IMG/VR virus record: IMGVR_UViG_3300037395_000062 | Location: 30,110-94,109 of that record | Source: a virus | DNA: 64,000 bases | Direction: 5' to 3' (one strand) | Shown: piece by piece, positions 26,040 through 34,469 of the stretch | Layout of the letters: the number at the start of each line of letters is the position of its first letter | How positions within the stretch are numbered: the first letter of the stretch is position 1 | The notes under the pieces: model-generated | Databases searched by the model: none | What the model saw: only the letters and a program-made list of their open reading frames with translations | What the model was told of the DNA's origin: nothing | Position numbers and translations under genes: made by a program

Positions 26040-27968
26040 TCAGTTCGTCCCGACGGACGCTCCCCAGCGGGTCCAATCGGCGCAGCCGTCCATCGCCGAT
26101 ACGATCCTGCCGTGTTTCTCGCAACGTTCGGCATTGTCCCTGACCGCGTAGCTGCCGCAAGGTGCCCCGCACATGCCCTCGAACGGCGAGACGACCATCC
26201 CGGGGTTCGTCACCTGCTCGGCGATCCCGCGGAACGCATCCATCGTCGCCTGGTTCGGGTTCTCCTGTCCGAACGGCACGGCCGGCGCCAAGTGCTCCGT
26301 GCCGGACACGCCGGGGACGTAAGCCACCTGCCGCGAACGGACGATCGCACGGGTCACCAGATGCACCAGCGTGTCGAACTCGTCGGCCGCGCGCGAGCCG
26401 CCGGTGAACGCGGTCACCCGTTCCATGAACCCGACCTGGGTATCGCCGTGCGGACCGTGAAGCCACGGAGCGCCCTGCGGCACGAGTATCCGGCCCATGC
26501 GCGCCCAGCCCTGCACGCTGGCGGCCCCGCCGGGAATCGGAAGACCGCCGCCCTTCTGCACCATCACGGGATTGACCGCGCGCTCGAGCTTGCCCTGCTC
26601 CACCTTCTGCCCGACGATCGGGATCTGCGTGCCGCGGAAGGTCTGCAGCAGGCTGACACCCGATTGCTTCTCCTCGACGATGACCCGCCGCGGATGCCAC
26701 ACGCCATGCCGGGTCCGCAGCGCCATGGCCAGGCCGCGGAAGTCGAGGTCCCGGACCATCAGATCGAGCAGCCATACGTCGTAGTGGAAGTCGCACTCGC
26801 CCACCAGATCGGAATCCTCGCCGCGGTGCCACGACCGGCACGGCACCATCAGCCCGGTCAGCGCGGCGGTCAGGCTGGTGGACTGCGGCTGCCCGAGCGC
26901 CGTATCCCACGCCTCCTCGATCTCGGCGTTCGGAAACGACGCGACCCAGGAACGGATCGCCGGTGACTGGATGCCATCGGACATGTCGGCGGGCGGGGCG
27001 TAGACCCTGAAGTCGCCCTCGTTAAACACGCCTTCCCCGCCGCCGGTCATGTCGCCGTCGTAGTTGACCGCCGCGACGCGAGGCTGCCGGCGCTTGATCG
27101 TCAGGTACTCGCGGCGCTTGGACGGGCTGCCGGGCCAGTAGAACCCGGCGCCGGTCGTATCGATCGCCGCGTAGTAGGCGCGGTACCTGACGTAAGGCGA
27201 GCGCGGATCCTGCACCGGATCCGGCTCCAGTGTCTCGGTGTAGACGCATTCAAGGCCGTGCGGCACCAGCACGTCGTACCAGAGCCGCCGCTGTCCAGGA
27301 CGGGTCGCCGGCAGTTCCAGCACCACCCAGTCGCCGTTTTTCTTCCATTCCTGGTATAGATCGTCCTCCGCCCACCAGCGGCCGGCCGCGATGGTGCGGC
27401 AGCCACGCGGGTCCGCGCGTCCCATGATGGTGTCGTAGTAGGTCTGCTTGACCTGTGCCCTGCTTTCCGGGGTCGAGGCGTTCTCGCGGTCGTGCAGATC
27501 GTCGAGGATGCGCAGGCGGCAGTGCAGCCCGGTCAACGCCTTGCTGGACACGCCCACGGCCTTGTACGACGCGTCGGGATCGGACGGCGCGTGCCCGGTG
27601 ACGAACAGCCCGCGCTGGATGCTCCACCCCTGGTCGGGATCGGGACGCACTGCCGGAAACAGCTCGTGGAAACCCTTGTCGTGCTGCACGATCTGCATGA
27701 CGGTGGACATGAAGCCCTGCGGTAGCGCCTCGCCAGCGGAGATCGCCAACGTGGTCAGCGTCGGGTCGTGACCAAGTTCCCAACTTGCGTAGACCGTGCT
27801 CAGCAGGGTCGACTTGCCCGTGCCAGGCCCGGCAAGATACAGCAGGTTCTCGATCCTGCCGTCCTCCAGCCCAGCTACCAGAGGGTAGTGGTGCGGTGCC
27901 AAGCTAAAGCCGCGCGCCTTGAACAGCATCGAATAGTAGGCGGCCAGGCCGATCCTGCGTTCAGACAT
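26040..27968 (-). CDS. terL: Terminase large subunit
   Basis: Walker A GPGTGKST, LTGLHC..ILDD, GRWWAEDDL, nuclease AWDTA..VEEKQSG..DEFDTL. Confidence 0.9.
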   Translation of the reverse strand: MSERRIGLAAYYSMLFKARGFSLAPHHYPLVAGLEDGRIENLLYLAGPGTGKSTLLSTVYASWELGHDPTLTTLAISAGEALPQGFMSTVMQIVQHDKGFHELFPAVRPDPDQGWSIQRGLFVTGHAPSDPDASYKAVGVSSKALTGLHCRLRILDDLHDRENASTPESRAQVKQTYYDTIMGRADPRGCRTIAAGRWWAEDDLYQEWKKNGDWVVLELPATRPGQRRLWYDVLVPHGLECVYTETLEPDPVQDPRSPYVRYRAYYAAIDTTGAGFYWPGSPSKRREYLTIKRRQPRVAAVNYDGDMTGGGEGVFNEGDFRVYAPPADMSDGIQSPAIRSWVASFPNAEIEEAWDTALGQPQSTSLTAALTGLMVPCRSWHRGEDSDLVGECDFHYDVWLLDLMVRDLDFRGLAMALRTRHGVWHPRRVIVEEKQSGVSLLQTFRGTQIPIVGQKVEQGKLERAVNPVMVQKGGGLPIPGGAASVQGWARMGRILVPQGAPWLHGPHGDTQVGFMERVTAFTGGSRAADEFDTLVHLVTRAIVRSRQVAYVPGVSGTEHLAPAVPFGQENPNQATMDAFRGIAEQVTNPGMVVSPFEGMCGAPCGSYAVRDNAERCEKHGRIVSAMDGCADWTRWGASVGTN

Positions 27969-28158
27969 GCTTCTCCCGCCAATAATCCACCGGCGTGAAA
28001 CTCCACCCCTTACCGGTCGCGTAAGTGTGCAACCGTTCCGGCGTCCAGCCTATTGAATAGCCCAGGATAGGTGCCGTACGGCAGATGATACCGTCGGTTG
28101 CTACGACGCCTGCGTTAAAATGCGGCGCATCGACCTCGTAAAGCGCCTTAACCGTCAC
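27961..28158 (-). CDS. Hypothetical phage protein
   Basis: 65 aa APHFNAGVV...APILGY. Confidence 0.6.
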   Translation of the reverse strand: MTVKALYEVDAPHFNAGVVATDGIICRTAPILGYSIGWTPERLHTYATGKGWSFTPVDYWREKHV

Positions 28159-29029
28159 TTCGCGAACCGAACACAGGTGCGAGATCGATCACGCCTTCCG
28201 GCAGATCGGCCTTGCCGACCGGCTTGCGCTCGCGACCTTCGCCTTTGAACTTGTTCGCCTCGTCGGCCAGCCGGCGCGCCTCCCTGCCGGAGGTGCCGTG
28301 CTCCCTGGCGATGCCGGGATCGTTCGCCTCTGCGTTGAACAGTTTCCGCTGCTTCTCGGTGTATGGCATCTCAACCTCCTCCGTCCCGCCGGTCGAACGT
28401 ATACCATTGCGGACCCAGCGAAAAGCCGGGTTTCCGCTTCTGTACCTGCTGCCTGTCGGCACTCGATTCCAACCATGCAGCGCCATGTATCGTGCTGCAT
28501 CATCCGGTCCACAAATCCAGTGCTCCCAGCGCTGTATCCATGCCGAACCATTACGTATGAGGTCGCGCGATTCAGTGGCTCCGTTAGCGTAACGGCTAGT
28601 CCTGCGGCCTCCGCAATCAACCATTACCGGAACCTTGTGGCGTTCCGTCTTCGTCCATCCGGAACATTCGTAGACATAGCCTGTATGTCCCTGGCTTTCG
28701 TCGGAGAATGTCACCAGCACGGGCCAACGTGTCCTGTCGATCAGGTTGCGCATCTGAAAACGTAGGGGTTTCGATACGTGTTTCAGCCTACGTCTGTGTT
28801 TCGGTACTGCAACCATTCGCAACAAGGCCAGAACGCCCGCCGGCTGTTGTTCGCACACGCTCTTTGCGGCCCCTGGAGGAGGCGGTTGCCATGCGTAGGC
28901 GGCGACGGGAACCTCATCCTCGAAAACGGCGAACGCATAGACCTTAACACCTCCGGCCGAACCGTATGAGTGGAATTGCGCGCACATATCGCGAACCACA
29001 TCGAGTGAGCAAGGTCGTATATCGAACAC
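28148..29029 (-). CDS. Mom-like (GNAT-fold) DNA-modification protein reading through into a small downstream gene (own ATG at 28369)
   Basis: FHSY..LALLRM..VTFSDESQGHTGYVYECSGW matches the Mom-family SxAD..GHxGxIY..xNW motif. Confidence 0.72.
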   Translation of the reverse strand: MFDIRPCSLDVVRDMCAQFHSYGSAGGVKVYAFAVFEDEVPVAAYAWQPPPPGAAKSVCEQQPAGVLALLRMVAVPKHRRRLKHVSKPLRFQMRNLIDRTRWPVLVTFSDESQGHTGYVYECSGWTKTERHKVPVMVDCGGRRTSRYANGATESRDLIRNGSAWIQRWEHWICGPDDAARYMALHGWNRVPTGSRYRSGNPAFRWVRNGIRSTGGTEEVEMPYTEKQRKLFNAEANDPGIAREHGTSGREARRLADEANKFKGEGRERKPVGKADLPEGVIDLAPVFGSRSDG

Positions 29030-29050
29030 TCAACCTCCTCCGTCCCGCCG
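28370..29050. repeat. 22-bp perfect direct repeat flanking the mom-like gene
   Basis: CTCAACCTCCTCCGTCCCGCCG at 28370-28391 and 29029-29050. Confidence 0.95.
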
Positions 29051-29274
29051 ATCGAGCATACCGAAGGACGCGAGCAGAAGCCACACCGCGCACACCTCGG
29101 TAGCGGATAGGCCCAGGATGACCAGCGCGAACGTCACGATCACGGGCCTGGCACCGTCAGGCTCAACGCCCAGAACAGTCCCAGAAGCCCGGCGATCAGC
29201 ACGACGACGGCGCCGATCGGGCGGCCGAACGCCCAGGCGACGAGGAAGAACAGGATGAAAACGGCGATTCCCAT
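29030..29274 (-). CDS. Two small hydrophobic ORFs (29140..29274, 44 aa; 29030..29143, 37 aa)
   Basis: Hand translation gives MGIAVFILFFLVAW... and VIVTFALVILGL..., joined by a GTGA overlap. Confidence 0.5.
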
Positions 29275-29275
29275 G

Positions 29276-29545
29276 TCAGGATCGCCGATGAAACGCTGCT
29301 GCGTTCATCAACGCCGTAATGCGTGCGGCTTCGATCTTCGCCTCATCGAGCGTGTCGAACTCGGTCACGCAGCGTGCATCCGTCGCGGCCAACCTGACGT
29401 ACGGCCTGGGCGTCACGGTATCGGATTGGCACGCCGCGACGGACACGATATGGCCGGTGTTCAGCCAGCATCCGCTCGTCACTTCGACGGACACGGTATG
29501 GCCGGTGTTCAGCCAGCGCCCACTCGTCACTTCGATCATCGTCAT
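29276..29545 (-). CDS. Hypothetical protein with internal 48-bp tandem duplication (29440-29535)
   Basis: EVTSGxWLNTGHxVSV occurs twice; TTGACA promoter at 29602-29597 upstream. Confidence 0.6.
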   Translation of the reverse strand: MTMIEVTSGRWLNTGHTVSVEVTSGCWLNTGHIVSVAACQSDTVTPRPYVRLAATDARCVTEFDTLDEAKIEAARITALMNAAAFHRRS

Positions 29546-29757
29546 TCACATGTTTTCCTTGACGGCTAATCAGACGTTATACGCAACAGTTGTAAATGTC
29601 AACATAATACGCGACTTATACCGTAAATTTTGGTTCGGGGGTAGGCCGGTGCTCCAGGAGACAAAAACCACTCAGCCCCACCTACCCCCTCCATCGACCG
29701 CGGGTAAAACCGGCCAGGTGTGGCGACCGACGGGCCGCCTACCACCCTCCGGAAGGG

Positions 29758-30048
29758 TCAGGCCCTCGCCAGGCGCGGCCACACCGCTACCGCCTTGATC
29801 GGCTTGTAGCGCGCCGTGACGCATCCCGACACGTTCAACCGACCGAGGCGAGCGAACCATAGGCCACCCACCTTGCGGCACTGTGCAGGCTTGCCATGCT
29901 TGGCGAGCGACCAGCTGACGAACACGCGACCCACCTTGAGGAAACGCACACCTCCAACCTTGCGGTATGAGGTGACGAATGCGTCATCGAACACGGTGTG
30001 CACCGCAGTCAGGACCAATAGGATATCGGAAATAGTGAAAGCGGACAT
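29758..30048 (-). CDS. Hypothetical early protein with duplicated RKVGG motif
   Basis: Starts at the ATG of the minus-strand promoter/RBS cassette. Confidence 0.6.
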   Translation of the reverse strand: MSAFTISDILLVLTAVHTVFDDAFVTSYRKVGGVRFLKVGRVFVSWSLAKHGKPAQCRKVGGLWFARLGRLNVSGCVTARYKPIKAVAVWPRLARA

Positions 30049-30108
30049 TGGGGTTACTCCGTTCGGTTGCGATGACACCTATATAGCGTCGCTATGCAAT
30101 GCTGTCAA
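30046..30108 (-). promoter_or_regulatory. Sigma70-type early promoter + RBS cassette
   Basis: TTGACA-17-TATATA ggtgtcatcgcaacc..ggagtaacc..ATG. Confidence 0.85.
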
Positions 30109-30139
30109 CGATAAATCGTCGCCACGCACAACAAAAACC

Positions 30140-30261
30140 TAACCCGTTGATTCTAAAACATGCGAACAATCAATAGTTGTAATTTCAACCGTAAGTAGAA
30201 CGCATAATGGCGATTATGTTAAGTAATCAACAATTGCAAATGCCGCAATATCAACGGGTTA
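30140..30261. promoter_or_regulatory. Pair of inverted IHF-consensus boxes flanking the dif-like site
   Basis: TAACCCGTTGATT (30140-30152) and TATCAACGGGTTA (30249-30261) both fit WATCAANNNNTTR. Confidence 0.6.
30197..30224 (+). other. dif-like XerC/XerD recombination site
   Basis: AGAACGCATAA-TGGCGA-TTATGTTAAGT compared with E. coli dif GGTGCGCATAA-TGTATA-TTATGTTAAAT. Confidence 0.78.
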
Positions 30262-30302
30262 CGAAAAACGTGAATCCGACTAGGAAAACTTGCGATTGCC
30301 TG

Positions 30303-30358
30303 TTGACATGGCGCTAGTGCGACGCTACATAGGTGTCATCGCAACCGGAGTAACCGAC
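30303..30358 (+). promoter_or_regulatory. Early promoter + RBS cassette
   Basis: TTGACA-17-TACATA ggtgtcatcgcaaccggagtaaccgac ATG. Confidence 0.85.
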
Positions 30359-30724
30359 ATGCCTATATACCGCGTAACCGACAGGGTTCGTAACGTCATT
30401 ACGCAAGGCGAAGGCCTCCGGCCGGTGCTGCGTTTCGCACGCAAATACCCGGTCGAGATTATCCGCGTCGACGTATCGGTTGAACAACCCGAGATGTACG
30501 CGGTGACGTTCTACTTCGATCCGGAAGGCCGGCGAGGTTACGAATGCATGGTGCGATTCGCGGATTGGCGCGTGCTGCTCGATTGGCTGCTCGCTCGCCG
30601 CAGCTGGACCGCACTGCACCGTATCCGCTTCGCGCATCGCGGCACGTACGAACTGGCGCTGCAGGATAAGCGCACCGCTCGCCTAGTCGCAAAGGGTATC
30701 ACGATCGCAGGACCTGCAATCTGA
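30359..30724 (+). CDS. Hypothetical early protein
   Basis: ATG at the end of a cassette. Confidence 0.7.
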   Translation: MPIYRVTDRVRNVITQGEGLRPVLRFARKYPVEIIRVDVSVEQPEMYAVTFYFDPEGRRGYECMVRFADWRVLLDWLLARRSWTALHRIRFAHRGTYELALQDKRTARLVAKGITIAGPAI

Positions 30725-30727
30725 CTG

Positions 30728-30783
30728 TTGACAAACACATATAGCGATGCTGTTGTGCCGCTATAGCAACCGGAGTAGCCGAC
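30728..30783 (+). promoter_or_regulatory. Early promoter + RBS cassette
   Basis: TTGACA aacacatatagcgatgc ... gcaaccggagtagccgac ATG. Confidence 0.75.
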
Positions 30784-31140
30784 ATGAACGCGTGGATATA
30801 TCAATCTGCATTGCTGTGTGACGATTGCGCACGCGATAAGCGAATCAAACTCAACCGTGAGTTAGTCACACTCGCGGACCGTGACGGCAATTCAGACATG
30901 GCGCCACAAGGCCCTTACGCAAACGGAGGTGGTGAGGCAGATTGCCCGCAATCGTGCGACCTGTGCGGCACGTTCCTGGAAAACCCACTTACCGACGACG
31001 GAATCGAATACGTAAAAGAGTGCATTCGCAATGGGCATACGCTGCACGCGTCGGGCCGAAAACTACTGTGCATATGGTCGAATCCAGTCGTTAAGGAATG
31101 GTCAGATTTCTACGAAATACAAGCCGGCGAGACTGATTAG
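30784..31140 (+). CDS. Hypothetical early protein (CxxC pairs)
   Basis: CDDC and CDLCG; LENPLTDDG. Confidence 0.7.
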   Translation: MNAWIYQSALLCDDCARDKRIKLNRELVTLADRDGNSDMAPQGPYANGGGEADCPQSCDLCGTFLENPLTDDGIEYVKECIRNGHTLHASGRKLLCIWSNPVVKEWSDFYEIQAGETD

Positions 31141-31144
31141 ATAT

Positions 31145-31200
31145 TTGACAAACACATATAGCGACGCCACGTAGCCGCTATCGCAACCGGAGTAACCGAC
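31145..31200 (+). promoter_or_regulatory. Early promoter + RBS cassette
   Basis: TTGACA aacacatatagcgacgc ... gcaaccggagtaaccgac ATG. Confidence 0.75.
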
Positions 31201-31467
31201 ATGACCGTAACCTTGATGGACAACATGATCGTCCAAGCCATCACCACCAAATATATCGGACCGAGCAACACGCGTTCCGGCCGGATCAAGGCCAGCGCTG
31301 CAGCGGGATCGGTCACCATCCCATATCCAAGTCAGCACGGCATGGAGCGTGCGCACGCCACGGCCGCTCTCGCCCTGTGCGAAAAACTGGGCTGGTCAGG
31401 CACGCTCGCCCAAGGTGGCATGCCTAGCGATTCCGGCTACGCCTTCGTATTCACTGGTAGGTGCTAA
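31201..31467 (+). CDS. Conserved small phage early protein
   Basis: QAITTKYIGPSNTRSGRIKA...H..AA..L..KLGW...GYAFVF. Confidence 0.7.
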   Translation: MTVTLMDNMIVQAITTKYIGPSNTRSGRIKASAAAGSVTIPYPSQHGMERAHATAALALCEKLGWSGTLAQGGMPSDSGYAFVFTGRC

Positions 31468-31472
31468 GCGCT

Positions 31473-31861
31473 ATGGCTCATGATTCACCAGACAGCGACT
31501 TCCCGTCTCTGTTGCAGGACGTCAACGCCAACTTAAGCGACGCTATCGACGCATGGGAGAAAGGCGACATGTCGGATGCACTAAGGCTTGTTCGCAATGC
31601 GCTGCACGACGTGCGCAATGCGATTGACGATATCGAATTAAGTGAAGGCGAAACACCATGACACAAGATTCAACCGGCCGCGTCTATCGCACGTTCACGC
31701 GTCGCGCCAAAAACTGGGAACAGTTCGCCACCGCCCGCAAGCACGCGATCGATCGCAATCTGACGTTGGACGAGGCACGTCGCGCGTGCACCGCATTCAA
31801 CGATCATCGCACCGAAGCACAGGTCCGCGACGGCACCAAAATGGAGTTCGAACACCAATGA
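31473..31861 (+). CDS. Two small hypothetical ORFs (31473..31661; 31658..31861)
   Basis: Coupled by ATGA overlaps. Confidence 0.55.
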
Positions 31862-32241
31862 CACCGCGACAGATCGCCACCGGGCAGGCCATGCGCGCCC
31901 GCGGCACCTCGGATGCCGCCATCGGCCAGCGCTTCGGCGTGACGCGCCAGCACGTACACGCCAAGCTGGGGCCACGGCCGGCGCTACGCAAGGTGCCTGA
32001 CCCACCACGCAACGGCGTGACACCGGAGGCGTTCGGTGCCGCCGTGAAGGCCTGGCGCGTCAACCGAAACCTGTCACAGAACGCAGCTGCGAAGCTGTTG
32101 CGGGTGGCCGGTCCGTCTGTATCGTTTTGGGAGCAAGGGCGGAACGGCTGCAGCCTGGCAGCCTCGATGCTGCTGCTGATGCGGTCGCTCGATGCGGTCG
32201 AGGGAATCGAATCGCCGCGCGAAATCATGGTTGACACTTAG
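31858..32241 (+). CDS. Double HTH transcriptional regulator (C-terminal XRE-type)
   Basis: SDAAIGQRFGVTRQHV and LSQNAAAKLLRVAGPSVSFWEQG. Confidence 0.75.
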   Translation: MTPRQIATGQAMRARGTSDAAIGQRFGVTRQHVHAKLGPRPALRKVPDPPRNGVTPEAFGAAVKAWRVNRNLSQNAAAKLLRVAGPSVSFWEQGRNGCSLAASMLLLMRSLDAVEGIESPREIMVDT

Positions 32242-32286
32242 CTGTAGCGTCGCTATATAATAGTCAGTGCAACAGGAGTAGCACAT
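32231..32286 (+). promoter_or_regulatory. Early promoter + RBS cassette
   Basis: TTGACA-17-TATATA ... gcaacaggagtagcacat ATG. Confidence 0.85.
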
Positions 32287-32583
32287 ATGCCTTACGTTCA
32301 AGTCTGGCGCGATGGTTCCGCGCAATGCCAGGTGAAAGACCTAAAACTTGGTCAGAGAATCGACCTCGAGAACGATGTGTTCGCGGACCCGAACGGTTAT
32401 GTCGATCCTGGAAACGGCGAGATAGCGTTTCAGTGCGAGTTCCAGGAAGTGCTGCAGATCGAAATCGAATCACCGGACTGCACGTTGATCGGTTATTCGG
32501 GAGGCGCATGTGGTTTTCCGCCTGACCACTGGCTTTGCGTCGACGGCGAACAAACCGGCGAACCTGAAGATATCGGGGAGTAG
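32287..32583 (+). CDS. Hypothetical early protein
   Basis: 98 aa after a cassette. Confidence 0.65.
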   Translation: MPYVQVWRDGSAQCQVKDLKLGQRIDLENDVFADPNGYVDPGNGEIAFQCEFQEVLQIEIESPDCTLIGYSGGACGFPPDHWLCVDGEQTGEPEDIGE

Positions 32584-32591
32584 ATAGTTAC

Positions 32592-32954
32592 ATGCGAAAC
32601 AAAATCGTAATACCTGTTCCGATTAAGCCGGAACCGTTGATATCTCTGGAGATACACAAGCGTATGGACACGATGGGCCTTGAAGTCATGTCCTACTTTA
32701 ATCGCACCACCGGCCTGGACGGTGAAGGCCGCACTTACTGGATCCCGGAACACATCGCGGGTGCCGATGGTGCGTTTATACTTTGGCGCTACGCCACCGA
32801 CCCAAAGAACAACTACAAACTTGACGGATGGTTCCCGCAAATCGGACCACACATCCATGGCGGCTTCCACAGTTCGATCACGTCAGCGCTAGCCTGGATA
32901 CAGCGTGCCCGCGACGTACGCGACGGCAAGGTAAAGGATTTTCGCGGCGTTTGA
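32592..32954 (+). CDS. Hypothetical protein
   Basis: 120 aa, GGGGAG RBS. Confidence 0.6.
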   Translation: MRNKIVIPVPIKPEPLISLEIHKRMDTMGLEVMSYFNRTTGLDGEGRTYWIPEHIAGADGAFILWRYATDPKNNYKLDGWFPQIGPHIHGGFHSSITSALAWIQRARDVRDGKVKDFRGV

Positions 32955-33994
32955 CAACTATTTCACTTGACGTGCATATGCCATGACGCTATACAGACCA
33001 AGCCAACCCGGAAACAGGAGTCCCGACGATGAAATATGAACTGACTGCCGAGACGAAGGTCGTCTTCGGAATCACCCTGAAGCGCATTCGCGCACTGATC
33101 GATATAGGCATATCGGTTAAAGCTGGCGACCTCGGCGGGTATATCGAGAAAGAAAGCAACCTCGACGCCAGTGTGTCCGGCAACACGTGGGTGTTCGGCA
33201 ACGCCAGTGTGTCCGGCAACGCCAGTGTGTCCGGCGACGCCAGTGTGTCCGGCGACGCCCGTGTGTTCGGCGACGCCCGTGTGTTCGGCGACGCCAGTGT
33301 GTCCAGCAACGCCAGTGTGTTCGGCAACGCCAGTGTGTCCGGCGACGCCCGTGTGTTCGGCAACGCCAGTGTGTCCGGCGACGCCCGTGTGTTCGGCGAC
33401 GCCAGTGTGTCCGGCAACGCCAGTGTGTCCGGCAACGCCAGTGTGTTCGGCAACGCCAGTGTGTCCGGCGACGCCCGTGTGTTCGGCAACGCCAGTGTGT
33501 GCGGGAACGACCGTGTGTCCGGCAACGCCAGTGTGTCCGGCGACGCCCGTGTGTTCGGCAACGCCAGTGTGTTCGGCGACGCCAGTGTGTCCGGCGACGC
33601 CAGTGTGTCCGGCAACACGTGGGTGTTCGGCAACGCCCGTGTGTTCGGCAACGCCAGTGTGTTCGGCGACGCCAGTGTGTCCGGCGACGCCAGTGTTGAC
33701 GCTTTTAATATCATCGCGACACGCTCAGACGGATACACATTTGGGATATGGAAACAGACGAATGGTGCGCCGCCGAGGATCACAGCCGGTTGCCGGAATT
33801 TCACCATCACTGAGGCGCGCGCTCATTGGTCTGCGACCCGCGGCGGAACTCGACTCGGCGACGAAAGCCTGACGCTGATCAACCACCTTGAACATATGGC
33901 GAAAATCGCAAAATGGATTGACTAGCGACAACTATTTCATTTGACATGCATATGTTATGATGCTATACAGACCAAGCCAACCCGGAAACAGGAG
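32953..33994 (+). repeat. 68-bp direct repeat (promoter+RBS) flanking the beta-helix gene
   Basis: 32953-33020 and 33927-33994, 5 mismatches; each contains TTGAC-17-TATACA and AGGAG. Confidence 0.92.
33029..33925 (+). CDS. Hexapeptide-repeat (left-handed beta-helix) phage protein
   Basis: MKYELT..LKRIRAL..GDLGGYIEKESNL followed by about 29 G[ND]A[SR]V[SF] units (18-bp repeats, 33179-33700), then ITAGCR. Confidence 0.85.
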   Translation: MKYELTAETKVVFGITLKRIRALIDIGISVKAGDLGGYIEKESNLDASVSGNTWVFGNASVSGNASVSGDASVSGDARVFGDARVFGDASVSSNASVFGNASVSGDARVFGNASVSGDARVFGDASVSGNASVSGNASVFGNASVSGDARVFGNASVCGNDRVSGNASVSGDARVFGNASVFGDASVSGDASVSGNTWVFGNARVFGNASVFGDASVSGDASVDAFNIIATRSDGYTFGIWKQTNGAPPRITAGCRNFTITEARAHWSATRGGTRLGDESLTLINHLEHMAKIAKWID

Positions 33995-34000
33995 ACTGAC

Positions 34001-34396
34001 ATGCCTCTCGACGGCACATCCCAGAACATCGGCGCGATCGTCCGCATCAGCCCAGCGCAATGGCTCGGCATCGTGCGCGACTACGCGGCCGCCAAGGCAC
34101 TGAAGAAAGCCCGCGAGGCCGACGCGCGCAGCGCCGACACGCAATGCAAGTCGCTGCGCTCGCAGTTGTTCAAGGCACTGTCCGGTGCGCCGTCCGCCAT
34201 CTGCGGCAACTACGTGCTGACCATGAAGCAGACGGCGCCGTCCCAGGCATCCCTGACGCTCGCCAACGGCGTGAAGGTGCCGTGGTCCGAGGTGTCGGCC
34301 GTGATCGTCGGAAAGCAGCGTGTCCCGGCGAGCGAGATCGCCTCGATCTACGGCGGCCGGGCCGGCTCGGAGGACATCGAAGTCGCCGGCGGCTGA
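34001..34396 (+). CDS. Hypothetical early protein
   Basis: ATG at the end of a cassette; strongly biased codons. Confidence 0.7.
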   Translation: MPLDGTSQNIGAIVRISPAQWLGIVRDYAAAKALKKAREADARSADTQCKSLRSQLFKALSGAPSAICGNYVLTMKQTAPSQASLTLANGVKVPWSEVSAVIVGKQRVPASEIASIYGGRAGSEDIEVAGG

Positions 34397-34412
34397 TCCG
34401 ATCGCCACGTCT

Positions 34413-34433
34413 GCCAGGGCTCGCCCTGGCTTT
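34413..34433 (+). terminator. Putative intrinsic terminator
   Basis: GCCAGGG-CTCG-CCCTGGC-TTT. Confidence 0.5.
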
Positions 34434-34469
34434 CGTGACTGCCAGAAACGAACGTAAGGATATGTCGAT

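Noticed and set aside
29637-29689. GGGGGTAGG/CCTACCCCC inverted repeat as a pac or cos site
   Set aside because: Only 9 bp; cannot be supported without read-end data.
33179-33700. 18-bp repeat array as CRISPR or DGR
   Set aside because: No unique spacers, it is in-frame coding, and there is no cas operon or reverse transcriptase.
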